A stretch of DNA of 64,000 nucleotides from contig CAKKNE010000003.1 in assembly GCA_918797485.1 (NCBI GenBank), positions 4,526,001 through 4,590,000 on the forward strand, in the 5' to 3' direction. The DNA comes from Pelagomonas calceolata. Its lineage: Eukaryota. Positions 1 to 10,366 of the stretch are shown here, in pieces. A program made the position numbers and the translations under genes. Under the pieces are notes generated by a model. It was not told the origin of the DNA. It worked only from the letters and a program-made list of their open reading frames with translations, and ran no database searches. Position 1 is the stretch's first letter, and every line of letters starts with the position of its first letter.

Positions 1-72
1 AACAAATGTTGCAGGTCCAGCTATCCGATAACGGTACCATGGTACCACTCGGCCCTGCCCGGCCTAGATAGG

Positions 73-679
73 TAGAGAGAGAAACCTACTAGCCCTTCCT
101 ATCCTAGATATGTATCTCCCACTCTCTAATATTTGAGTCTATACATCGAGTGTCAAAAGCACTACGGTGTAACAACAGTTCACTATAAAACACTCTCGTA
201 GTCAGGTTGGCCCAGCCCTCGGCTGGTGAGCTAAGACCCTGCTACTATACCGTGACATAACGCTGCGACATACTCTTGCTAGGTTATGGGCCCACAGGGT
301 TCTGCCTATTGACGTAGAGTGTTTTACAGTGAATGCCTAGACAAGAAAAAACACCTAAAAAGAAATCCAAAAAGAAATCACCCCAAAAGAGCGAAGAAAG
401 TGAATACCCAGCAATGGATCAAGCTGAAATGAATCGGCTCATACAAAACGCGGTCGAACACGTACAAGCTGAGCTCCAGCAGAAACACGAAGAACGTATC
501 AAAGCGCTGGAAGCAAACCGCGAAGCGCAAATCAAAGTATACATCGACTCGGAGTGTCAAAAGCACTACGGTGTAACAACAGTTCACTATAAAACACTCT
601 CGTAGTCAGGTTGGCCCAGCCCTCGGCTGGTGAGCTAAGACCCTGCTACTCTACATAACGCTGCGACATACTCTTGCTA
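73..679 (+). mobile_element. Internally deleted Ty1/copia LTR retrotransposon (5' LTR 73-281, PBS 282-294, gag 5' remnant, partial 3' LTR ~538-679)
   Basis: 5-bp TSD ATAGG at 68-72 and 680-684; LTR TAGAGAGAG...CTCTTGCTA; PBS GGTTATGGGCCCA; ORF 333-605 starts as a gag-like basic/coiled-coil peptide and runs into the LTR. Confidence 0.9.
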
Positions 680-1118
680 ATAGGGGCAAAATTTAATAGA
701 CGGATAGTCTACTGCGGTATGTTTCTAGTGGACTCTTGGGAGGCTAGTAGGCCGGTAGTGTTTTATGGTAGCAAAAGTGGGCTAATCGGCGACGTAATAG
801 TGTGGTTCACGTCGGTCCTCAGGCTCTAATTTTTGGGATTCGAGCCTGAGTTCCCAGCCACCGTGACTTGGCCGGCGGCGATTTTGGCCAGGGCAGCCAC
901 ATACGTACGCAGGTCCAAACTCGTACCCCTCCATGGAGCTACACACTTTATTTCCCCCTGCATCGCAATGCTCTCTCGGCCCCGCCGTTCCGACGAGGAC
1001 TTTTTCCAGCTTGGACGACGCAGACTCATATTCCGCCCAAAACATTAGTCCTTTTTCGACTATCACGAGACCCGACTCACCGGAATCCACTTTCACCAAG
1101 GTCATGCCCCTACTGCTA

Positions 1119-2156
1119 CTATGGCTCGCTTGCGTTGGTGGCCACAAGTAACGGATACATCGCAAAGATCTCACGAAGGCGGCGGCTGAAGTCGCGCAGG
1201 ATCGGCGCGTTCCGGCGGTCGCGCGCGTAATACGCCCGCCGCATCGCCGTCCGGTTCCGTAAATCGTCGAGAACGACCCAGTTCTTGTGGCAGGAATTGA
1301 CTTGGCACGTCGGCCGTTGGTCCAGCCGCGCCAGCTTTTCGATCTTCACGTCGCGGCTGTCCGATTCCTCGATGTAACCGTGACTCACGATGACGTCGTG
1401 CGCCAAGCGAATCAAATCCTCGTAGGTTCTCTGGTGGTAGTGAACGATTGCGAGGCCCTCTGCTTCCGGTGCGGACCGGTTGTGCCAGGCATGGCTCCCG
1501 AGGTTAAAGAATCGCCGTCGGTAGCGTGCCCCACTGTAGATCTGCTTATGCACGCCCGCGCGCGACATCTTGGCATGCTCGCCGTCGGTCGGCGGGCCGC
1601 GTTGGATCGCATCGACGTCGAACGCCCACGCCGTGCGCAGCGTGTCCGAGACGCGCGCCGGCGGGAGGCCGAGCCGCGACGTCGTCACGTCGGGCGCGCG
1701 CGCGCCCTGTGCCACGTGCGCGACGAACTCGTCGGTGTCGACCTTGATGATCCAGTCGTATCGCGCCTTGATCTCGTCGATCCAGCGCGCGAGGTTGTCT
1801 TCGATGTGGTTCAGATCGACGAGGCTGTGGCGGAGGTGGATGGGATAGCTCGCCGTCACGTCCTGGAGGTGGTCTTTTTGGGCGCCCGTGCTGCCGTCGA
1901 ACACGTAAAGGTGCTCGAAACCGTACACGTGCCCGTGCCACGCGAGCCACCGCGACGCCAGCGGCCAGTCGTCCTTCGTCATAATGACGAGGGCGACCTC
2001 GGCGCGGGACGCGCACGCCGGAGCCGTCACGACCGACAGCCTGGATTGCCGACCGACCAAGATGCCCAGTCCCAGGGCGATGCCCAGTGCCGACGCTGCT
2101 ATTATTCTCCAATGGGTAATGCCTCGACACGACGACACACTGGCGGCTGCATGCAT
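1119..2156 (-). CDS. Type II membrane glycosyltransferase, GT2-like (Glyco_tranf_2_4 type)
   Basis: N-terminal TM; WLAWHGHVYGFEHLYVFDGST; WIIKVDTDEF (DxD); start set at ATG 2156 because the upstream ORF part is LTR-derived. Confidence 0.75.
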   Translation of the reverse strand: MHAAASVSSCRGITHWRIIAASALGIALGLGILVGRQSRLSVVTAPACASRAEVALVIMTKDDWPLASRWLAWHGHVYGFEHLYVFDGSTGAQKDHLQDVTASYPIHLRHSLVDLNHIEDNLARWIDEIKARYDWIIKVDTDEFVAHVAQGARAPDVTTSRLGLPPARVSDTLRTAWAFDVDAIQRGPPTDGEHAKMSRAGVHKQIYSGARYRRRFFNLGSHAWHNRSAPEAEGLAIVHYHQRTYEDLIRLAHDVIVSHGYIEESDSRDVKIEKLARLDQRPTCQVNSCHKNWVVLDDLRNRTAMRRAYYARDRRNAPILRDFSRRLREIFAMYPLLVATNASEP

Positions 2157-2239
2157 CGTTCTTTTAAACCGTCGAGATGATGAATATATCCCCAAAAGGC
2201 ACACGGAGCTCCACACTCTGTTTCCCCCTGCATCGCAAA

Positions 2240-2674
2240 AATGGACGCTCGTGTCCAGGGGGAATAGAGAAACCCTGGTAGCGTAAGAGTATGTCGCAGC
2301 GTTATGTAGAGTAGCAGGGTCCCAGCACACCAGCCAAAGGCTGTGCCTACCTACGGTACCTCACGGTACCTACGGTACCTAACTACGAGAGTGTTTTATA
2401 GCAAATTGATACATCGTAGTGCAACGTAGAGAGAAACCTACTAGCCCTCCCTACCCTAGATATGTATCTCCCACTCTCTAAATTTGAGTCTATACATCGA
2501 GTGTCTATCGCACTACGGTGTAAACACAATTCAAGTTCAACTTGAAGTTTGCTATAAAACACTCTCCGAGGCTCGTACTACTAGTAGTAGTTCGGTTGGC
2601 CCAGCCTTTGGCTGGTGAGCTACGAGCCTGTAGGACCCTGCTACTTTACATAACGCTACGACATACTCTTGCTA
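2240..2674. mobile_element. Copia LTR mosaic: PPT plus LTR start (+), inverted LTR 3' part (~2285-2410, -), full LTR 2427-2674 (+)
   Basis: Direct sequence match to LTR 73-281 and to the PPT context at 9786-9808. Confidence 0.85.
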
Positions 2675-2850
2675 AGGTCAACCGTGACTGGTGCAGGGTA
2701 CCGGTACCGGTACCGGTACCGTAGGTATCAAATAAGTTACATCGGTGCACGGGTTTTTGCCGTAGTCTTTTTGCAATTGCACCCAACATGCGGACCGCGG
2801 GGACACTCCTCTTGGCAGTTTTTTACGCCTCACCAGCGGCACATTTCTAA

Positions 2851-4315
2851 ATGCGCATCGCTCCCCTCGTCGCACTCCTTCTTCCCGGCTGCCGCGGCGG
2901 TGGCAAGGCCTCCAAGGCGCTGCTGCGGCAGTTCTGCGCGCGCGGCCTGCTCGCGGTGGACGATAGGCGTGGCGACGCGTGCGTCGATGCAGCGGGCACA
3001 TTCGCGGGCTGCCCGCCGGGCTGCGCGGCGACGACGCGAGGCGGCGGCGGCGCGCGCTGTGTTCACAAGAAACGTCCCTGCGTGGCGCCGGCGCGGACGG
3101 CGTGCGCGCGCGACGGCTGGTGGCTCGAGCAAAGCGACGAGGCGGCGCGCGGCGACGTGTGCCGCAAGCCCGGCGGCGGCTTCGAGTGCCCCGCCGACTG
3201 CGAAAAGCGGAACGCGACGTGCGTCGGCGGCGACAGACGGCCCTGCCGGTCGGCGGCGCGGCCGCCCCGGCGCGCGTGCGCCGATTGCGCCGAGGCGTGG
3301 GACGCGCCGCTCACGGCGGGACCGGCGCTCGCGCGGCGCGTCGACGCGGAGTTCGTCGTGAGCCACTGCGGCTACGACCTGAGGTGGCTCGCCGACGCGA
3401 TGGCGGAGCTGCGCGCCTGCGGCGTCGACGTCCGGCGCACGACCGTCTACTCCAAGTGCGGCCGGCCGCCGCGCAACGCGCCGAACGGGTCGATCCTCGA
3501 GACGCTGCCGAACGTCGGGCGCTGCGACCACGCCTACGCGATGCACGCGGCGCGGCGGTACGACCGCCTCGAGCCGCTGGTCTTCTTCCTCAAGGACTCG
3601 TCGCGCTACGGGTCGCGCGCGGACTACCGCCGGCTCAACGTTGGCCTCTGCGGCGTCGCGCGCGCCGCGGCGGGGCCCGTCGGCTTTGGCTGCGGCCGCC
3701 GGCCCTACGTCGACGGCTCCGCGTACCACTGGGCGCCCGCGCTGCTCGCCTACAGCCTCATCGAGGTCCACGCGCACGCGTGGGACCAGGCGGCGCGGCC
3801 CGCGGCGGCGTTGGACTTCTTTGGGCCGTTCCCGACGCTGGGCGCGCTCCTCGCGGCGACACCTGGCGTCCTGCGCGCTGACGAGCTCCAGCGACGCGCC
3901 GTCGTGCCCGTCTGCTACGGCGGCACGTTCGCCGCAGTGTGGATATCATTGAGCGCGTAGTGACCCTTTCGCCACGACGCCATCGACGAAGGCACCGTAA
4001 TTTTAAGTTCCGCACAGGTTTGCCGCGCGCCGGGCCTCCGTCCGCCGCCGCGCCCGCGCCGCCTACGCGGCGCTCGCGGCGCGCCTTACGCGTGGCGACA
4101 ATATCATGGAGGGTTCCATGGTCGAGAGGCTCTGGGCAGCGCTCCTCGCGCCGCGGCACCCCGACCCGCACGCGCGGGCCCGGCACCTCTGCGCTGCCAC
4201 GCGCCACTTCGCCCGGCCCCACGGGTATGCCGGCATGCTCGTCGGCTGCAGCTGCTCGGCGCCCCGGGGGGACTTGCGGACCTGCGCCGCGAGGCATTCG
4301 CGCGTGGCGACGTAG
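2851..4315 (+). CDS. Secreted protein with Cys-rich repeats and DUF3431-like domain; intron 3927-4017
   Basis: Signal peptide; ETLPNVGRCDHAY and VFFLKD motifs; removing GT..AG intron 3927-4017 joins the frame to MEGSMVERLW (ORF 4106-4315). Confidence 0.75.
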
Positions 4316-4448
4316 TTTGGTGTGTACTTGGTCTTTTCATACTAGTAGATGACTCCCTGCTCTTCCCCTCTCTTTTTCTTGGGATATTTCTTCCTTAATA
4401 GCGTCGTGCCGATGTTAAGGAGTTGTGCGTCCTTTGGCGAGAGAGATA

Positions 4449-4535
4449 TGAAGTAGAGCCCATTTTGCATCAAAACGGACGCTCACGGGAAAACCCGTTC
4501 GCTAACCGTTTGGATGCAAAATGAGCTCTACTTCA
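4449..4535. repeat. Short hairpin element with core CATCAAAACGG...
   Basis: Near-perfect inverted arms TGAAGTAGAGCCCATTTTGCATC / GATGCAAAATGAGCTCTACTTCA; core matches 52605-52709. Confidence 0.8.
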
Positions 4536-4639
4536 ATTATATTACGACCGAAATCCATGGTTCTGGGTGGCCGATTTTGGGGGTCTAATGATTTCTAGTA
4601 TATTTCATGACTAGGGGGGTATTTCGAATATATAGTTGA

Positions 4640-4705
4640 GTTAGACCCGCCACGTCATCAAAACGGTTCACTGCGTTCACCGTTTAGACGCGTGGCGAGT
4701 CTAAC
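4640..4705. repeat. Short hairpin element with related core
   Basis: Arms GTTAGACCCGCCACG / CGTGGCGAGTCTAAC around CATCAAAACGG...CCGTTT. Confidence 0.65.
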
Positions 4706-5084
4706 CACGTAATCATATTAGATTACGCTTATATTATAATTTTCACGACAGTTTCAATATATTTAAACCTTCGATAATTTTGCACGCACAAGATCTTATA
4801 ATCATTCCGCCAAGATTCCGATTAAACTTCAATAAGATCTTGGAGTTCATCAAGGGGATAGATTTGATGATGATGACACTTTGGCCATAAAATTCACCAC
4901 ATCCTGCATCAACTTCAAGAAACTGTTGGGTGGTAGAGCGTCCTCGAGGCCGTGGGCTTGGCCCCGCCGCCGATGGTTCGGGGGCGAGGTGTTGTTAACG
5001 GTCTTTTGGGAACTAACACCTTGGACTCATGCGGTAAAACCCGTAGCTAAGCGAAAACAGTCCCACGCCCTAGCGCGACCTCGC

Positions 5085-5323
5085 AGGACCACGCGGCCGC
5101 CCTGCTCAAGAATCGCCTTTACCGTCGCTGGGGCATCAAGACCGCGCGCGAGTACGCCCGGATCAAGATCGACGGCCTCCGGCTCGTCGGCGGCAACCCG
5201 GACTTCACCAACGCGCCCGGGCACGGCAACGACGACACACGCTTCTACGACCGGCAGCAAGCTTACGTACACGCTCGCGGGGGATAGCTCCCCCGACACC
5301 CCTCCCTAGGCGCCTGACTATAG
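5085..5323 (+). mobile_element. 3' fragment of a putative non-LTR retroelement
   Basis: Matches 24608-24835; encodes ORF end ...LYRRWGIKTAREYARIKIDGLRLVGG...HARGG*. Confidence 0.6.
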
Positions 5324-5470
5324 GTATTTGAAACCCATCGTGGCGCCGCCGGCCGGCCTGTCGGCGCGTGCGCACTCCTCGTGGTGGGATTTGTGGTAGT
5401 GAGGTGGTAGTCAGCTCTGCATGCCTAGGGCCCAACTTGGATAGATGGACAGCTTGAACTAAGACTTTTC

Positions 5471-8101
5471 TTATTGCATTGAGCGCCGCGCCCGCTTTCG
5501 GCTTCGCACGAGGAGCGCGCACGCGAGGCCGGCTGCGATGCCCGCGACTCCGCGTGCTCGCGAGAAGACACTCGGTCGATCTCCGCCGCGGCGGATGTAG
5601 GCCATAACCTCGTCGCCGTGCCGCCTGGAGGCGAGGGCGCACAAGGCCGAATTTTTGCGCGATCGTTCGTACCGCCGCGAGCGCGTGATGTGCGCAAATT
5701 GTGCGCCGGCGTCTGCCTCGGCGAGGAAGACGGCGCTCGTCGCCGTCGCCTCCTGCTCGTCGGGGCCCCGCAGCGTCCAGGAGGCGTAGGGAAAGGCGAG
5801 CTGGTCGCGGCGGTGTCCCCAGCGGCGGTATTCGTCAAACCAGGCGCAGCCGAGCGCCGAACTCTCGTTCCGGTAGAGGTCGCGGAGGTGCCATTCGCCC
5901 TCAGCCAGCGGCGCGTCGCGCGGCAGGCCCGCCGCAGCGTACGCGCGGAGCTGGCTCAGCGCGGCATCCGAAGCAAGGCCCAGCAAGTGGACGCACCGCG
6001 CCTCTTCGTGCGGCGTCCCGCGAGCCGGGTGCCGCGGCGACGTCCACGCGGAACCGCGAGCGAGCAGCTCGTCGTGCAGCAGGCGCCACGTCCACTCGAG
6101 CGTGCTCGGGTGAAGCTTGGCGTCGAAGTAGAGCAGATACCGCGCGTTCGGGACGAAGCGGTGCGCGAGCATCTTCGGAATGCGGGTGTTCTGGGCGGCC
6201 GTCGCGAACGGTTGAAGTGCCTTCGGGACACGCACGACGCGCCACGGTCCGTGGTCAACGCTGTGGCACCGCCGGGCGCCGTGCATCGCGGCGATGCGGC
6301 GAGCCGCCGCGAAGTCGACGAGTGCGATCCAGCAGCTCGCCGCGCCCAGCCTATTCTCGAATTCTAGCAGCCGCGCGTGCTTGGGTTCCAGCGTTTTAAG
6401 GTGCTCCAGCGAGTCGATAGAACCAAAGAGCGCCGTGACGACGGCAAGCGTGCAGCGCCGCCCGCCCGCGGCCGCCGGCGCGTCGAGCGGCGGGTTGATC
6501 GACGAAAATGAGAGGCTTCCCGAGCACTCGCCGTCCCGCGCGCCGTCGCCTGGCGTGTTGCCCAGTTTCGCCCTCAGCGACGCCCTCAGCGACGATCTCA
6601 GCTCCCCCGTGTCCGTGATGTCCTCGACGACGTAGATCTCCCCGGTCGTTGGATTCCGGTGCACGCCGCGCTCGGCGACGACTTGAACCACGCGCGCGCA
6701 CGAGATCCGCCGGAAGCCGCGCGACACGACCGCCTGGATTTGCGTTGATTCAACAAACGCCGCGTGCCGCGCGTCCGCTTTGTCGAGGTCGAGGCAGACG
6801 CTCGGCATGAGGTGCGAGCAGTCCTCGCAATGTCCGAAGCTGTGAACCGCAAGGCTCGAGCCCGCGCGTGGTGGTGGTAGGCACGCGGCCAGCCCCGCGC
6901 CGAAGGCGGCGTGCGCCGCAACGACGTCGCGGCACAGCCTGGAAAGCGCCGCGTCCGTCCGACGCCGCGCGTCGTGGGGGAACGTGAGCGCGAAGATCAG
7001 GCCGAGCCGGTCGGCGACGTCGACGTCGAGCATGAGCGAATCGCGGCCCTCGGCGCGTCGCGCGAGCGCGACGAGCGCCGAGAAAGACGAAAACTGCGTG
7101 CCGACGAACACGGCGGCGCGGAGACCGAGCTCGAAGTCGACCTGGCCCTTGACGTCGTCGCCGCCGTCGGGCCCGGATGCCAGCGCCTCATCGACGTTCC
7201 CCAACGTCGCCTTGGCGTGCAGGCTAAAGCGCGGGCAGCTTCGATGCTTCCGAAGGTCGGCGTCGATTGCCCTGATGCGCGCGCGGTCCGCCTCGCCCAA
7301 GACGAAGACGTCGAGCGTCTTCAACGACGACCGACCGCGCGCGACACCAGCCAGCGCCGTGCACGCAGCGCGCGCGTACGCGCGCGCGTCGAGGCCATGC
7401 GCGCTCCGCACAAAGTCCTCGTCCGCGCGCCAGTGGATCGCGACGGCCGCGTGCTCCTTCGCGCGCCCGGTCGCCGCCGCGAGGCGCCGTGAGACCTCGT
7501 GCGCGGCGCGACGGATGCGCCGCGCCGATGAAAACGCCGCGTTGACGCTCGTCAGGAGGTCGAGGCTCCGGCGCGTGTCAACCACGAGCTTGGTGCAGCA
7601 GTCCTCCTCGCCGCCCAGCGACCAGACGCCGCCCCGAAGGTCGTAGCGCCGCGCGACGTCGCCGCCGGGCCCGAGCTGCGACGCGGTCGTCGGCCAGAGC
7701 GCGCCGGCGAGCTCCGGCGCGCGCCCCTCGCTGCGCGTGTCGACGACGCAGACGCCCGCCCTTCGGAGGCCCTCTACCACCCTCTCACGATCGTAGACGG
7801 CGTCGAACGGGACCGTGCCTTCGTAGTCCTGGTAGCAGCCTGCGCGGTAGCCGCACCGCCGCCGCGTTCGGAGAAAGGAAGGCAGCTCGACAGCCGCGCC
7901 GAGCAGCGCCGCGATAACCGCGTCCTGGACGATGCGCATCCGCTGGTTGTTCAGGCCCTTGCGCACCGCCGGAATTCGGACGACGCCGCTCACGCCTGCA
8001 CCGCAGGTTGTTGCGGCGTGGTAGGCCGGCGCAACGGCCGGGCAGGCGGGCGACGGCGCCGCTGCGGCAGCCGCCGCCAGCGTAAAGAACACCGGCCCCA
8101 T
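5471..8101 (-). CDS. O-fucosyltransferase-like plus DUF616-like glycosyltransferase fusion, C-terminal TM
   Basis: 876-aa ORF with signal peptide; GLNNQRM, AIHWRADEDF, FVGTQFSSFS (O-FucT); VVTALFGSID, YLLYFDAK, RRDQLAFPY (DUF616). Confidence 0.8.
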   Translation of the reverse strand: MGPVFFTLAAAAAAAPSPACPAVAPAYHAATTCGAGVSGVVRIPAVRKGLNNQRMRIVQDAVIAALLGAAVELPSFLRTRRRCGYRAGCYQDYEGTVPFDAVYDRERVVEGLRRAGVCVVDTRSEGRAPELAGALWPTTASQLGPGGDVARRYDLRGGVWSLGGEEDCCTKLVVDTRRSLDLLTSVNAAFSSARRIRRAAHEVSRRLAAATGRAKEHAAVAIHWRADEDFVRSAHGLDARAYARAACTALAGVARGRSSLKTLDVFVLGEADRARIRAIDADLRKHRSCPRFSLHAKATLGNVDEALASGPDGGDDVKGQVDFELGLRAAVFVGTQFSSFSALVALARRAEGRDSLMLDVDVADRLGLIFALTFPHDARRRTDAALSRLCRDVVAAHAAFGAGLAACLPPPRAGSSLAVHSFGHCEDCSHLMPSVCLDLDKADARHAAFVESTQIQAVVSRGFRRISCARVVQVVAERGVHRNPTTGEIYVVEDITDTGELRSSLRASLRAKLGNTPGDGARDGECSGSLSFSSINPPLDAPAAAGGRRCTLAVVTALFGSIDSLEHLKTLEPKHARLLEFENRLGAASCWIALVDFAAARRIAAMHGARRCHSVDHGPWRVVRVPKALQPFATAAQNTRIPKMLAHRFVPNARYLLYFDAKLHPSTLEWTWRLLHDELLARGSAWTSPRHPARGTPHEEARCVHLLGLASDAALSQLRAYAAAGLPRDAPLAEGEWHLRDLYRNESSALGCAWFDEYRRWGHRRDQLAFPYASWTLRGPDEQEATATSAVFLAEADAGAQFAHITRSRRYERSRKNSALCALASRRHGDEVMAYIRRGGDRPSVFSRARGVAGIAAGLACALLVRSRKRARRSMQ

Positions 8102-9339
8102 CTGGGCAATAATTAAATAGGCCGTGGGCAGCCCCTGCCTCTAGACTAGAATACTAGAATGCCTACGCGAGTCCCCTGCGCGAGCGCTGGACGTCGGATC
8201 CGCTTTGTTGCGTTCCTCGTGTACTCTGATGCATCTGTGCCGCTTGGCGCAGCCCCGGAGGCGCTGCGTGCGTTGTGAGAGGCCTAAGTGCACCTAGGCT
8301 CATCGGAGCCAGTTTTCGCCGGCGGCGCGCGTTTCCGCCGCCCGCGACCCTCCCCCGGCGTCCACCGAGTCGCGGCGGCCGGGCCACAGGCCGGCGGTGC
8401 TCCACGGCTCGGTTTCTTCGACTTGCGCGGCAACGAATTGGTTGCATATACCCGCTGCGCGCAGGCCTCCTCGCGGCGCGTTGAACCTCGCCGGCGCCGG
8501 CGGCCAGTCCGAGCCCGAAACAAAGACAAGAGACATTCTTGCATCTTGATGGCGGGTCGAGCCCGGAACACGGACGGCACCCATCCTCGGGCATCGAGTG
8601 GTGCGCGTTCGGTGGTATCCGGCCCGTTTCCTGAAGTTTTGCCGCCGGCATGGCGGCGAGCCTCATTTGCCTGCGACCGGACCGACCCTACGGAGCTCGC
8701 GGAACTACTCGTCGGTCTCGACCTAGGAGGCGTCGGGGACGGCGGCATGCCGCCCCTCGCAACCTTCGTCGGGCCGGCCGAGCTTTCGTAGGCCCTCCGA
8801 ATCGCCGGGGCATCCATTGAACCCATTAGTTCCGTTCCGACGAGTTATTGTCAAGGGTCGTCTGGGCTGGGTCGGAGCCGAGCTCCCCACCAAAAAATAT
8901 GTGTCGAGGGCATGCCCTCAATCATTGTCAAAGGCCTGGTGTGCGAGGGCATCTCTCTCAGCACTTGATTTCCGGCTCGTCGTAAAAGAGGAGCCAGCGG
9001 CCAGTTCCACATCCTGACGGGGGTCGTCCCAAAAAGAGGGGGGGGGCGTGCGAGTCCATGCGACTCAGCCCTTGCGTCCTAGTCCAGCCGGACGGGTGGG
9101 CCCGGGGGGAGCGGGAGGGGTACGGGGAACCCTGCGACGTAACTAGCCTGAGCCTAGTAGTAAGTAGTAAAGTGAACTTGGTGCACCACAGAGCCACTTT
9201 TAGCCTGTCCCGCCATAGCTTTTTGTACGATTACCGGCGGCTGCTCGTCTAGATACCTGACCACGTTTGGTTAGATAGGGTTCGTTACGGATCCGAGTCC
9301 CCGGCCCGGGGCCGCGGCGGCCGCTCGTACATTAAGCAA

Positions 9340-9422
9340 ACCATCTGTTTTGGTTTTCTACCGCTTCTAGGCATTCACTGTAAAAACACTCTTCCGAGTC
9401 GTCAGTAGGCGCCGGCGGAACG
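9340..9422 (-). mobile_element. Copia leader/gag-start fragment
   Basis: Reverse complement of ~298-360 (AGAGTGTTTTACAGTGAATGCCTAGA). Confidence 0.65.
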
Positions 9423-9511
9423 TTCAAATTATCTATAGTATGATAGTACTAGTACCTACGGTACTACCATGGTACCTACGGTACCTACGGTACCTACGGT
9501 ACCGTGACTAC

Positions 9512-10009
9512 TAGAGAGAGAAACCTACTAGCCCTTCCTACCCTAGATATGTATCTCCCACTCTCTAATATTTGAGTCTATACATCGAGTGTCAAAAGCA
9601 CTACGGACGGTCCATTTGAAGGAGTTTACTGACTTTCCGAAAAAGGACGAGAAGGATCCAACAACAGTATTTACGGATATTCATTTCGAGAAGAAGTCTG
9701 TTGCTTATGAAGCCTATCACTTGTCACATGGACTTTGCCTGTGAATAGACTGAGTTGATACATCCTCTAGTGGAAGCGCATCTAGTGGACGCTCGCGTCC
9801 AGGGGGAGTAGAGAGAGAAACCTACTAGCCCTTCCTACCCTAGATATGTATCTCCCACTCTCTAATATTTGAGTCTATACATCGAGTGTCAAAAGCACTA
9901 CGGTGTAACAACAGTTCACTATAAAACACTCTTGCAGTCAGGCCTATCAGCTCTAAGCTGGTTAGCTAGGACCCTGCTACTTACATAACGCTGCGACATA
10001 CTCTTGCTA
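9512..10009 (+). mobile_element. Internally deleted copia element (partial 5' LTR 9512-9606, internal 3' end, PPT 9801-9808, 3' LTR 9809-10009)
   Basis: 5-bp TSD ACTAC at 9507-9511 and 10010-10014; AGGGGGAG directly precedes the 201-bp LTR. Confidence 0.9.
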
Positions 10010-10061
10010 ACTACCGTAGGTACCTACGGTACCGTAGGTACCGTACTATAGTACTAGTAGT

Positions 10062-10274
10062 AGTAGCCTGAGGGTCCTAGCTCACTGGCACCAGCCAGAG
10101 GCTGCCAGTGGGCCAAGCCAACTACGAGAGTGTTTTATTATAAACTGGTTTACACTGTAGCGTCGGTAGACACCCAGCGTATAGACTCAAACTTAGAGAG
10201 TGGGAGATACATATCTAGCCTATACTAGTAATCTAGGGTACCTACGGTAGGAAGGGCTAGAGGTTTCTCTCTCA
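10062..10274 (-). mobile_element. Diverged partial copia LTR
   Basis: Reverse complement of the LTR, carrying several 6-bp insertions. Confidence 0.85.
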
Positions 10275-10366
10275 ACCTTGACGCCAGCCGGCAGTCCGTC
10301 CGCTGTAACTCTACTCGAGCGTCAATTTCTGCCGGGCCGACACGTCGCATCCCACACGGATTCAAC

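Noticed and set aside
333..605. 90-aa ORF as a host gene
   Set aside because: It is a gag 5' remnant reading into LTR sequence after a deletion.
8163..9260. Overlapping ORFs upstream of the O-FucT gene
   Set aside because: No recognisable domain or consistent coding frame; left unannotated.
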